This document shows positions 27,982 to 36,573 of a DNA stretch of 36,574 nt, one piece after another. How positions within the stretch are numbered: the first letter of the stretch is position 1; each line of letters starts with the position of its first letter. The stretch comes from an uncultured Lachnospiraceae bacterium (GTDB lineage Bacteria; Bacillota; Clostridia; Lachnospirales; Lachnospiraceae): assembly GCA_902803625.1 (NCBI GenBank), contig CADCQV010000294.1:1-36574 (forward strand), written 5' to 3'. Under the pieces are notes generated by a model, which saw only the letters and a program-made list of their open reading frames with translations, had not been told where the DNA came from and searched no databases. A program made the position numbers and the translations under genes.

Positions 27982-29283
27982 TCAGATCTTTCTGTTATCA
28001 ATGACACGAACGGCCTTGCCCTCAGATCTCTGAATGGACTTCGGCGCTACAAGAGTGACCTTTGCCTTTATGCCGAGCATTGACTGCATTCCGGCAACCA
28101 GCTTCGCCTGGCGTGCCTCGATCTCACCCAGATTATCCGTAAACATTTCCGGGGTCATCTCCACATGCACGTCAAGTGTATCCGTATTGTTTACCCTGCC
28201 CACTATGATCTGATAGTTTGCAGCGTAGCCGTTATTTAAGAGAACCGTCTCTATCTGTGACGGGAATACGTTTACTCCGCGGATAATGAGCATATCATCG
28301 GTACGTCCCTTAGGCTTCGCCATCCTGATAAGGGTCCGCCCGCAGGAGCATTTCTTCCGTGAAAGCTTGCAGATATCACGTGTACGGTAGCGGAGAAGCG
28401 GGAATGCCTCCTTATCAAGAGCCGTAAATACCAGCTCTCCTTCCTTATCATCCGGCAGAACCTCCCCGGTATCCGGATCTATGATCTCAGGAATAAAGTG
28501 ATCTTCGTTTACATGCATTCCCTTCTGCTCTGAGCACTCAAAAGCCACTCCCGGTCCTGAAAGCTCCGTAAGGCCGTAGATATCATAGGCCTTTATCCCC
28601 ATTGTCTTTTCTATGTCGCGGCGCATCTCCTCACTCCAGGCTTCGGCACCGAATATTCCTGCCTTAAGGGGTATTTCCTCAGGTGAAAGACCCATTTCCT
28701 TCATCCTCTCTCCCAGGAAGGCCGCATAGCTCGGGGTACAGCAGATAATGGAAGCCTCCAGATCCCTTATGAACATGATCTGCCTGTCGGTATTTCCTGA
28801 TGAGATGGGAACTGTGAGACATCCAACCTTATGACTTCCGTCATTTAAGCCCGCTCCACCGGTAAATAAGCCGAAGCCGTAAGCGACCTGTACCACGCTT
28901 TTTTTCGTGCCGCCCGCTGCAGTTATGGCTCTGGATGTACAGTCAGACCAGAGATCCAGATCCTCCTTTGTATAAAAGGCCACAACTCTTTTCCCGGTGG
29001 TTCCCGATGTAGAATGGATACGCACACATTTTTCAAGGGGAACTCCGAGGAGACCGTATGGGTAGCACTCCCTTAAGTCTGCTTTTGAAAGAAAAGGCAG
29101 TTTATGAAGATCGTCCCTTGATCTGATGTCATCGGGTGTTAGTCCCTTTTCCTCCATTTTCTTCCTGTAATATGCCACGTTGTCCCAAACATGCTTTACC
29201 TGTTTAACAAGCTTTTCATCCTGAAGCTTTTTCATTTCTTTCAGGGGCATACACTCAAACTTCTTCTGAAAATACCTCTCCAT
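27982..29283 (-). CDS. paaK: Phenylacetate--CoA ligase family protein
   Basis: RIHSTSGTTGK, YGFGLFTGG, DIYGLTE, RYRTRD and GRTDDMLIIRGVNVFPSQIE. Confidence 0.92.
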   Translation of the reverse strand: MERYFQKKFECMPLKEMKKLQDEKLVKQVKHVWDNVAYYRKKMEEKGLTPDDIRSRDDLHKLPFLSKADLRECYPYGLLGVPLEKCVRIHSTSGTTGKRVVAFYTKEDLDLWSDCTSRAITAAGGTKKSVVQVAYGFGLFTGGAGLNDGSHKVGCLTVPISSGNTDRQIMFIRDLEASIICCTPSYAAFLGERMKEMGLSPEEIPLKAGIFGAEAWSEEMRRDIEKTMGIKAYDIYGLTELSGPGVAFECSEQKGMHVNEDHFIPEIIDPDTGEVLPDDKEGELVFTALDKEAFPLLRYRTRDICKLSRKKCSCGRTLIRMAKPKGRTDDMLIIRGVNVFPSQIETVLLNNGYAANYQIIVGRVNNTDTLDVHVEMTPEMFTDNLGEIEARQAKLVAGMQSMLGIKAKVTLVAPKSIQRSEGKAVRVIDNRKI

Positions 29284-29297
29284 TCTTTTGTTTCCTC

Positions 29298-29879
29298 CTA
29301 TTTCCCACCTGCCTTAAATCCAAGGTCAAATGCCCGCTTATTAATGTCCAGAAGCTTTGCCGGTACATTGGCTTCAAGTGCCTTCATCCACGCATCCTTT
29401 GAAAAATCAAAGTAGTGTGAAAGCCTCCCCAGAAGAACTATATTTACTGCTTTGATATTTCCTGCTTCTTCAGCCAGCTTCAGACAATCAAGCGCATCAA
29501 CCTTTGCCCCTTTATCCCTCATTTTTTCCACAAGGTTCTCCGGATATTCCTCAACACCCATTACAACAGGCATAGGATCGATCTGCTGGGTATTTGTAAC
29601 TATCTGTCCGCCGCTTTTCAGATATTTCATCCAGCGTGCGGCCTCCAGCAGTTCAAAAGACACGATCACATCCGCCTCTCCCTCATCTACAAGAGGTGAA
29701 TATACCCGGTCACCGTATCGAACATATGTCACGACACTTCCGCCCCTCTGGGACATACCGTGTACCTCCGATACCTTTACGTCAAAACCTTCGTTTAATA
29801 TCAGATATCCCAGTATCTTACTGGCAAGGAGGGAGCCTTGTCCGCCCACTCCGACTATCATTATATTTCTGGTATCCAT
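29298..29879 (-). CDS. iorB: Indolepyruvate:ferredoxin oxidoreductase beta subunit
   Basis: GVGGQG and SEVHGMSQRGGSV motifs; downstream of iorA. Confidence 0.93.
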   Translation of the reverse strand: MDTRNIMIVGVGGQGSLLASKILGYLILNEGFDVKVSEVHGMSQRGGSVVTYVRYGDRVYSPLVDEGEADVIVSFELLEAARWMKYLKSGGQIVTNTQQIDPMPVVMGVEEYPENLVEKMRDKGAKVDALDCLKLAEEAGNIKAVNIVLLGRLSHYFDFSKDAWMKALEANVPAKLLDINKRAFDLGFKAGGK

Positions 29880-29989
29880 TTCAGTGATCTCCTTATTTCT
29901 CTCTCATTCTGAGTTGGTCCAGAGGACTTTTCCTCCGTCCGCACCCTTCCACACCCCGCAGCCGGCGGTGCCGTCCTCCCGGGTCCATA

Positions 29990-31720
29990 TCAGGTAGCAG
30001 AAAATGCGTTGACCGCACACATCTGCTCACACACGCCGCAGCCGACGCAGAGTGTGGCATCTATGTGCGCCTTCCCATCCTTAAGGGAAATAGACGGGCA
30101 GCCGATCTTCATACAGGACTTGCAGCCCACACACTTATCCCTGTCAACCTTAAGCGGCGGATTCTTCTTTACATATTTTAGAAGCACACAGGGTCTTCTG
30201 GAAATGATGACTGAGGGCTCCTCCGCGGCCAGCTCCTCCTTAAGAACCCTGTCACATTCCTTCAGATCGTAAGGATCCACGACCCGTACCCGGTTAAAGC
30301 CCATTGCTCTGCACAGAGCCTCCAGATCTATCTTTCCCGCAGGATCGCCCTTGATATTGTACCCGGTAAGGGGATTCTGCTGATGACCTGTCATTCCGGT
30401 GATGGAATTGTCAAGGATTATTGAAACCGAATTACTCTGATTATAGGCGATATTTGCAAGTCCGGTCATTCCGGAATGCATAAATGTCGAATCTCCGATA
30501 ACGGCAACGGTGCTATGCTCTGTCTCCTTACCTCCCATCTTATTAAATCCATGAACTGCCGAAAGGGAGGCTCCCATACAGAGAGTCGTATCGACCGCAC
30601 TTAGGGGCGCTGCGGATCCCAGTGTATAGCAGCCTATGTCCCCCAGTACCGTACAATTATTCTTCTTTAAGGTATAGAAAAGACCTCTGTGAGGACAGCC
30701 GGAGCACATAGCGGGAGGGCGCACCGGAAGCTTCTCATCCAGGGCTGTTCCCTTATGCTCTTCGATTCCCAGAGCCTTAGCTACAATGTTCCTGGAAAAC
30801 TCTCCGGTTATGGGAAGGATATCCTTTCCCGATACCTTAAGTCCAAGAGCCTTGCAATGATCCTCTATCACAGGATCCAGCTCCTCGACCACTATCAGCT
30901 TTTCAACCTTCGATGCAAATTCCTTTATCAGCCCGTCCGGAAGAGGATTCACCAATCCAATCTTCAAAATGGAAACACTGTCTCCACAGACCTCCTTTAC
31001 ATACTGATAGCTTGTGGAGTCACATATTATCCCGGTTTCGGTTCCGCCCATTTCCACACGGTTCACATTTTTTGTACAGCCGTACTCAATAAGCTTCTTT
31101 GTACGCTCTTCCACAACGGGATGCTTCCTTATGGCATTCGCCGGAGCCATAACATACTTCTGTATATTTTTCTCATAAGGCTTCTTTTCCGGCAGCACCC
31201 GCTCTCCGGACTCCACCACTGACTGGGAGTGGGCAACCCTTGTACACATCTTCAATAATACCGGCGTGTCAAACTCCTCCGACAGCTCGAAAGCAAGCTT
31301 CGCGAATTCATATGCTTCCTGCGAATCCGATGGCTCCAGCATAGGAACCTTTGAAGCAATGGCATGATGCCTCGAATCCTGCTCGTTCTGGGAAGAATGC
31401 ATTCCCGCATCGTCCGCAACCACAATGACCATTCCGGCATTTACCCCGGTGTATGACATAGTATATAAGGGATCCGCAGCCACATTCAGCCCCACATGCT
31501 TCATACCGCAGAAAGAACGTCTTCCCGCCAGAGAAGCACCGAAAGCCGCCTCCATTGCAACCTTCTCATTCGGAGCCCATTCCGAATAAATATCATCATA
31601 TTTCGCCAGCTCCTCCGTGACCTCCGTACTGGGAGTCCCCGGATAGCTTGACGCGAAGCAGACCCCCGCCTCATACAGTCCACGGGCAACTGCCTTATTA
31701 CCGAGCATTAACTGTTTCAT
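29990..31720 (-). CDS. iorA: Indolepyruvate:ferredoxin oxidoreductase alpha subunit
   Basis: YPGTPSTE, NEKVA.E, MKHVGLNVAAD, C.GCPHR, GDIGCY, GDSTF (TPP binding) and two C-terminal CxxCxxC ferredoxin motifs. Confidence 0.95.
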   Translation of the reverse strand: MKQLMLGNKAVARGLYEAGVCFASSYPGTPSTEVTEELAKYDDIYSEWAPNEKVAMEAAFGASLAGRRSFCGMKHVGLNVAADPLYTMSYTGVNAGMVIVVADDAGMHSSQNEQDSRHHAIASKVPMLEPSDSQEAYEFAKLAFELSEEFDTPVLLKMCTRVAHSQSVVESGERVLPEKKPYEKNIQKYVMAPANAIRKHPVVEERTKKLIEYGCTKNVNRVEMGGTETGIICDSTSYQYVKEVCGDSVSILKIGLVNPLPDGLIKEFASKVEKLIVVEELDPVIEDHCKALGLKVSGKDILPITGEFSRNIVAKALGIEEHKGTALDEKLPVRPPAMCSGCPHRGLFYTLKKNNCTVLGDIGCYTLGSAAPLSAVDTTLCMGASLSAVHGFNKMGGKETEHSTVAVIGDSTFMHSGMTGLANIAYNQSNSVSIILDNSITGMTGHQQNPLTGYNIKGDPAGKIDLEALCRAMGFNRVRVVDPYDLKECDRVLKEELAAEEPSVIISRRPCVLLKYVKKNPPLKVDRDKCVGCKSCMKIGCPSISLKDGKAHIDATLCVGCGVCEQMCAVNAFSAT

Positions 31721-31817
31721 TTATTGTCTATGCCGCTCCTTTCATTATTCCATTACTTACCGCTTTTTTTAGCGGCGTCGACCCTTTGGTGACGCTTCTT
31801 TTCAGCGGCAGCAAAGC

Positions 31818-31843
31818 AAGTTTGAAAGTTTACTTTCAAACTT
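31818..31843. repeat. Perfect 12-bp inverted repeat in the ior leader
   Basis: AAGTTTGAAAGT-TT-ACTTTCAAACTT. Confidence 0.8.
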
Positions 31844-31886
31844 CAACCCTGCTCCTTCCTGCCTGATATCATTGCGTTTATCGAAT

Positions 31887-31915
31887 ACTATAACACAATA
31901 AAGCCTTGCCGTAAA
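31887..31915 (-). promoter_or_regulatory. Putative sigma-A promoter of the ior-paaK operon
   Basis: TTTACG, 17-nt spacer, TATAGT with an extended TG. Confidence 0.55.
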
Positions 31916-31959
31916 CGAACACAGGCTGTCAGCGCAGTTCACCCTTTAATTTTTGGCTT

Positions 31960-32038
31960 TGTCATCCTGAGCGAAGCAACAGGAAGGATCTTTATCAATC
32001 GAAAAGAAGATTCTTCGGGCTATGCCCTCAGAATGACA
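31960..32038. repeat. Inverted REP doublet (REPIN-like)
   Basis: TGTCATCCTGAGCGAAGCAACAGGAAGGATCT, a spacer, then AGATTCTTCGGGCTATGCCCTCAGAATGACA. Confidence 0.85.
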
Positions 32039-32080
32039 AGAACGGAAATAAACGGCAAAAACGGGTCTGAAAAAAAGTAA

Positions 32081-32109
32081 TTGACACAGGAGAGGTGTTT
32101 GGCTATAAT
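32081..32109 (+). promoter_or_regulatory. Consensus sigma-A promoter of the tRNA pair
   Basis: TTGACA, 17-nt spacer, TATAAT, with an A-rich UP-like tract upstream. Confidence 0.9.
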
Positions 32110-32151
32110 ATCACTTGCGTCACGGTTTTGGAGTTCCGTGGATGCCCCGAA

Positions 32152-32226
<75 letters not shown>

Positions 32227-32254
32227 TCACTCTAATAAAGTCATATTTCATTTT

Positions 32255-32325
32255 GCAGGTGTAGTTCAATGGTAGAACACCAGCCTTCCAAGCTGGACAC
32301 GTGGGTTCGATTCCCATCACCTGCT
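32255..32325 (+). tRNA. tRNA-Gly (TCC)
   Basis: Acceptor GCAGGTG/CACCTGC, anticodon arm CCAGC-CTTCCAA-GCTGG, T loop TTCGATT; CCA not encoded. Confidence 0.97.
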
Positions 32326-32363
32326 TCTTTTTATGCCTTGATATTACTGCATTTCTAATTGTC

Positions 32364-32386
32364 CGTGTTGCATTTCGTGTTGCATA
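32364..32386. repeat. Tandem direct repeat CGTGTTGCAT (possible integrase arm-type sites)
   Basis: CGTGTTGCAT-TT-CGTGTTGCAT about 40 bp after the tRNA-Gly 3' end. Confidence 0.55.
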
Positions 32387-32424
32387 AATAAAAACAGACC
32401 CCAGGATTCCTCCTAAGGGTCTGC
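32386..32424 (-). terminator. Probable intrinsic terminator
   Basis: CAGACCC...GGGTCTG stem, followed on the minus strand by TTTTTATTT. Confidence 0.55.
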
Positions 32425-32615
32425 TCTATACTCTTTCCTTATAATCTAGTGTACTGACACATTCATCTTTGAACTTATGGCGCAGGATAAATTTTCATTC
32501 CGCAAGAAGCTCGAATGAGAGTTTCAAAAGGAGGTTATAGGGATTTCGGTTGAGTAAATCTATAAATTCTGTTCTTTCCACTTCTGTAATGTGTCTTTTT
32601 AAACCGGAACAGAGT

Positions 32616-33122
32616 TCAAAACGTGATCCTCGGATTACTGGCGAGTTTTATGAGCTTTACCAGCGGGTTCAGAAGGAAAAAGGCCATGACAAAATTTCCG
32701 ACCGCATGAAAAACATCATATATTATTCCGGAGATCCAGCTTGTTAGCGCAAAGGTCATTCCGCCGGTGAGCGCTGATACAGGCAGGCAGAGCAGTCCGA
32801 ATGAAAGACCGAATGATCCGGACAGCAATCCCCATCCCAAAGGTGACTTCATTTTCCGGAAAACCATAGTTAATGCCACGAGGATCAGCCAAATATAGAA
32901 ATACATCAGGTTCCATATTCCCGGTCCCCAAATCAGTATTTCCAGGCCGACATAGAGATAAACAGCAATAAGCGCATTCCAGCCGAACACGAGGGTATAT
33001 GCTATGATAAGCAGGCTTACCGGTTCTATATTCGGTACTCCTGCCATGACCATTTTTAAGACAAATATCACTGCCGCAAGTATGGGCATCAGCACCATTT
33101 CATAGATTTTTTTGTTCTGCAT
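32616..33122 (-). CDS. ECF transporter S-component-like membrane protein
   Basis: About 170 aa and hydrophobic, with PNIEPVS and G..YD.FHAVGN motifs similar to CbrT-type S components. Start uncertain (33122 or 33143). Confidence 0.6.
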   Translation of the reverse strand: MQNKKIYEMVLMPILAAVIFVLKMVMAGVPNIEPVSLLIIAYTLVFGWNALIAVYLYVGLEILIWGPGIWNLMYFYIWLILVALTMVFRKMKSPLGWGLLSGSFGLSFGLLCLPVSALTGGMTFALTSWISGIIYDVFHAVGNFVMAFFLLNPLVKLIKLASNPRITF

Positions 33123-33225
33123 ATCTTTCGAAAACGGCAGCATAGAGTGTGATATCCTGATTCACCCTTTCGGATGGTAATGAAATATACAAGATAATAA
33201 ATCTTGAAGTGGCGGTATGCATGTA

Positions 33226-33507
33226 TCACATTACCGGTGGTTTATTTTTCCTGATCAGGGGATTCTCGCGTTCCATGGCACCGATACTTTCGGGCGCCTT
33301 CTCACGCTCCGAGTGTCTGGATCTGCTGATCTCCTTTCCGGAACCATTCTTCACATGGCTGTGATTCTTTATCCCTTCCTCTTCCATCAGCTTACTCAGG
33401 CTGGTTTTTTTAACCGGAAAAAGATCCTTCCCGAGCCTCAGCTTAAGGTCTGTCTCTTTGGAGAAATCGGCTTTTCTGAATATATTTTCTACTATCTTAA
33501 TATCCAT
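33226..33507 (-). CDS. Small protein downstream of the ECF sigma gene (possible anti-sigma partner)
   Basis: 93-aa ORF with an AAGGA RBS; N-terminal ADFSKETDLK.RL...LF segment and a charged tail. Confidence 0.6.
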   Translation of the reverse strand: MDIKIVENIFRKADFSKETDLKLRLGKDLFPVKKTSLSKLMEEEGIKNHSHVKNGSGKEISRSRHSEREKAPESIGAMERENPLIRKNKPPVM

Positions 33508-33616
33508 ATCTATCCTTGGCTTTCTGTATAATAGCTAACCTTTGGTCAGGTAATTTGTGCTTTCAACTATATATACAGATGAGAAAAAAAAATGAGCCCG
33601 TCTCCCTTTATGCCGG

Positions 33617-34147
33617 TCATAGAAAATCTGACAGATCACGGTCCCCGGCAAAGGACAGACACTTTGTCAGAGCCTTTTTTATCCGTTTACGGACCGCATT
33701 TTCCGTGATCCCATAGAAAGCTGCTATTTCAGAAACCTGCATATCAAGGCCGTAGCGCAGAGACAGAAGCTCTCTCGTATCATCATCGACAAGAGAGAGA
33801 AGCCTTGCAGCCTCCTTATTCGCAGGCTCCCTAAAAACATCGTACTCATCCTCAAACACAAGGCTTGACTGAACCGCTTCCTCATCATAGGGAGCGGAAA
33901 GCCTCACGCTGCTGCTCATTAGATGGTTTGTGGTCAGATTTCTCGCAATGGTACAGAGCCAGGTTCTTATACCTGCCTTTTTTTCATCATAGGAATCATA
34001 GTGAGTAAGTGCATTAAGAAAGGTCTGGCTGCATAGATCCTCAGCCGTTTCCTTGTGAACAACCCGCATGTAGATATAATTGTAAATGTAAGAGAAATTC
34101 TCGTTATATACCTCTTCGAAATCCCTGCTGACGTCAGCCAAAAACAC
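33617..34147 (-). CDS. ECF-family RNA polymerase sigma factor
   Basis: Region 2 (AEDLCSQTF, TWLCTIARN) and region 4 HTH (LRYGLDM.VSEIA....ITENAVRKRI..A). Confidence 0.9.
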   Translation of the reverse strand: MFLADVSRDFEEVYNENFSYIYNYIYMRVVHKETAEDLCSQTFLNALTHYDSYDEKKAGIRTWLCTIARNLTTNHLMSSSVRLSAPYDEEAVQSSLVFEDEYDVFREPANKEAARLLSLVDDDTRELLSLRYGLDMQVSEIAAFYGITENAVRKRIKKALTKCLSFAGDRDLSDFL

Positions 34148-34204
34148 ACCCCCGAAAATACTGTCTACAGTCTTCTTACTTTACCACAGCATGATTCTCA
34201 GAAA

Positions 34205-34221
34205 TGTCATAAAAGTGTCAT
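34205..34221. promoter_or_regulatory. TGTCAT-N5-TGTCAT direct repeat (OmpR/PhoB-type box candidate)
   Basis: 11-bp-period direct repeat upstream of the sigma gene. Confidence 0.45.
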
Positions 34222-34266
34222 GGATTTGGTCTTTTCCGCTTATTTTCAGGCCATTCCCTCCTGTGA

Positions 34267-35478
34267 TCAGGAAAAAACGTATTTTGAAAGCCTTTCAAAG
34301 GCCTCCTGAAGAAGGCTTTCCGGAAGGGCTGCATTTATCCGGAGAGCATCCTGCCAGGCAAAGGCACGGCCGTCCTGGTATTTTACTCCTACGTCCCAGC
34401 CCGCCCTAATGATATCATCAAGTGTCTGACCCCTGCTTTTCAGAAAGGCACTGCAGTCCATAAAGAGCATATATGTAGCTTGCGGCATGGAAACACTGCA
34501 GCCTTCAAAATTGTCATTGATAAATTCCACGGCGTAGCGGCAGTTTCTTTCGAGTACCTTCAGGAGTGCGGTAAGCCACTCGCGGCCCTCATCCTCATAA
34601 GCACCGATTAAGGCATGCATGGAAAGCACGTTCATTTCGTTATACTGTGTCCTTTCCGCGTGCCGGCATATTCTTTCCCTTAAAAGCGGATTGAAGATAA
34701 TATGGTAGCTGCCGATAAGGCCGGCCAGATTAAAGGTTTTTGAGGGGGCATAGAGGCTTACCGTCCGCATTTTCGAATCCTCGTTTATCATGGAGGTCGG
34801 GATGTGCTTATGTCCGTCGAAAACAATATCCGACCAGATCTCATCACTGATAACGGTGCAGTCATTGTCACGGAATATCTCCATGGCCCGTTCCAGCTCC
34901 CATCTTTCCCAGACCCTCCCGCTTGGATTATGCGGGGAACAGAGGATCACCAGCCGGACCCAGTTGGCCTTCAGCTTTTTCTCCATATCCACATAGTCCA
35001 TCCGCCAGACTCCGTTTTCATCCTTTTTCAGAGGACTTAAAACGGCTTCGCGTCCGGTGCTTTTCAGATCAGATAAGAATCCGAGGTAAGCCGGGCTGTG
35101 AAGCAGCACCGCATCACCGGGCTCGGTAAGGGTATTTAGGCAAGTCATGATACAGCCATGGACTCCGTTTTCATAGCCAATAACCTCAGGCGTAAGACCT
35201 TTATAGCCGTGCAGCTCTGTCTGCCAGCGTATGATACTGTCATAGTATTTATCTGACGGAAGGAAGTATCCGTACAGCGGATGGCTGATCCTGTTTTCCA
35301 GAGCCCTGGTTACTGAAGGACTGGTTTCAAAATTCATATCGGCGACCCACATAGGGATCTCACTGAAACCGGGCTTTGCAGCCTCAGGTGACACACCCCA
35401 GAGCTTTTTTCCTATTCCGTCATAGGCTGCACAATCCCTGCCGCGCCTGTCTATTATCTTATCAAAATCATATTTCAT
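34267..35478 (-). CDS. MalY/PatB-family PLP-dependent C-S lyase/aminotransferase
   Basis: PMWVADM.F, LCSPHNP.GRVW, ISDEIW.D and APSKTFNLAGL (PLP lysine). Confidence 0.92.
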   Translation of the reverse strand: MKYDFDKIIDRRGRDCAAYDGIGKKLWGVSPEAAKPGFSEIPMWVADMNFETSPSVTRALENRISHPLYGYFLPSDKYYDSIIRWQTELHGYKGLTPEVIGYENGVHGCIMTCLNTLTEPGDAVLLHSPAYLGFLSDLKSTGREAVLSPLKKDENGVWRMDYVDMEKKLKANWVRLVILCSPHNPSGRVWERWELERAMEIFRDNDCTVISDEIWSDIVFDGHKHIPTSMINEDSKMRTVSLYAPSKTFNLAGLIGSYHIIFNPLLRERICRHAERTQYNEMNVLSMHALIGAYEDEGREWLTALLKVLERNCRYAVEFINDNFEGCSVSMPQATYMLFMDCSAFLKSRGQTLDDIIRAGWDVGVKYQDGRAFAWQDALRINAALPESLLQEAFERLSKYVFS

Positions 35479-35523
35479 CGGTAATGCTGACGCCTCCGTA
35501 TCTTGTTCCGTTACAAGGACGGA

Positions 35524-36573
35524 CTATGCTTCTATAAGCATGATGAGCTTCTGCTTCAGTATATAGTAGCGCTTAAGAAGCATCTTCATCTTCTCGATAT
35601 CCTCTTCCTTTCTTCCCTTCATATATGCCTTAAAGAAGCACTCCCAGAACTGCAGACAGTTCTCATAGCTCATTCTGAAGACACTGCTGCAGTACATAGG
35701 CTTTTCCTTTTCCATTTCAACAAGGGAGGCATAGAGAGCCTGAAGATCAAATATCGGATGTCCATGCGCTGCACCCGACATATCCATAAGCAGCATCTCA
35801 TCCCCGTTTACGATTACATTTAAGGGGTTGATATTTCCGTGTATGAATCCCTTGCTGTCAGGAATACCGTCTAAAAGCGCGGAAATATTGTACCGGTCAC
35901 TTTCAGACATCCTGCTGCCCGCGATATCAAGCCACTCTCTGTATCTGTCCTTGATATCCGGGAAATCCTCTACCTCTATCGAATGGACCTCATGGAGAAA
36001 ATCAGCAAATCTCTCTGCGTATTCCGGCAGCTTTTCAGGCTCCTTCTTCACCGCCGCCGCGAGAGTTGTGCTCCCTGCTGCCTCATAGATAATACCGTAT
36101 CCGTCTCCGACCGCTACAACATCATAGGGAATAAGGGTCGGAACTCCCTCCAGCATGGCGTCCTGGGCGGCATCCCTTTCCTTCCTGATCTCATTTAAGG
36201 AAACCCCCTTATTAAAGATCTTCACCATGCTGTCGTCCTTTTGTGGATAGATCCCTCCGTTAAGGCTCTTTATCTCGAGATCCATCCTCTCCAAAAAGAT
36301 GGTCCGCATCTTCTTTGTTATCTTGAAGTAGTGAAAAAATCCGGTAACCGAAAATATCTCAAACACATCATCCGACACATTTAAGATCTCGATTTCGGTC
36401 TTTTTCCTCTTTCTGACCTTTAATAAAACCCTTAAGCCGGCGCTGGAGATATACACGAGATCCCTGAAATCAAAGGAAACCGTACAGTCAGGATTCGCAT
36501 TAATAATATCGAAGATCTCCTTTTCTGTCTCATCGGCATTATTTGAATCTATCCTTCCCTCGGGAAAGATCCT
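35524..36573 (-). CDS. STAS (anti-sigma antagonist) domain fused to an APH/choline-kinase-like domain; 5' end beyond the window
   Basis: The frame stays open to the window edge: RIFPEGRIDSNNA...DFRDLVYISSAGLRVLL (STAS), then VKIF, ER..A, LHEVH, HGNINPLN, LMDM and GHPIFDL. Confidence 0.85.
   Translation of the reverse strand, partial: RIFPEGRIDSNNADETEKEIFDIINANPDCTVSFDFRDLVYISSAGLRVLLKVRKRKKTEIEILNVSDDVFEIFSVTGFFHYFKITKKMRTIFLERMDLEIKSLNGGIYPQKDDSMVKIFNKGVSLNEIRKERDAAQDAMLEGVPTLIPYDVVAVGDGYGIIYEAAGSTTLAAAVKKEPEKLPEYAERFADFLHEVHSIEVEDFPDIKDRYREWLDIAGSRMSESDRYNISALLDGIPDSKGFIHGNINPLNVIVNGDEMLLMDMSGAAHGHPIFDLQALYASLVEMEKEKPMYCSSVFRMSYENCLQFWECFFKAYMKGRKEEDIEKMKMLLKRYYILKQKLIMLIEA

Noticed and set aside
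29945-29992. Readthrough or selenocysteine at the iorA TGA
   Set aside because: IorA is complete at that point, the downstream frame has no recognisable content and it is out of frame with iorB.
33123-33225. Cobalamin riboswitch upstream of the S-component gene
   Set aside because: The gap is short and has no B12-box consensus, so the substrate is left unassigned.
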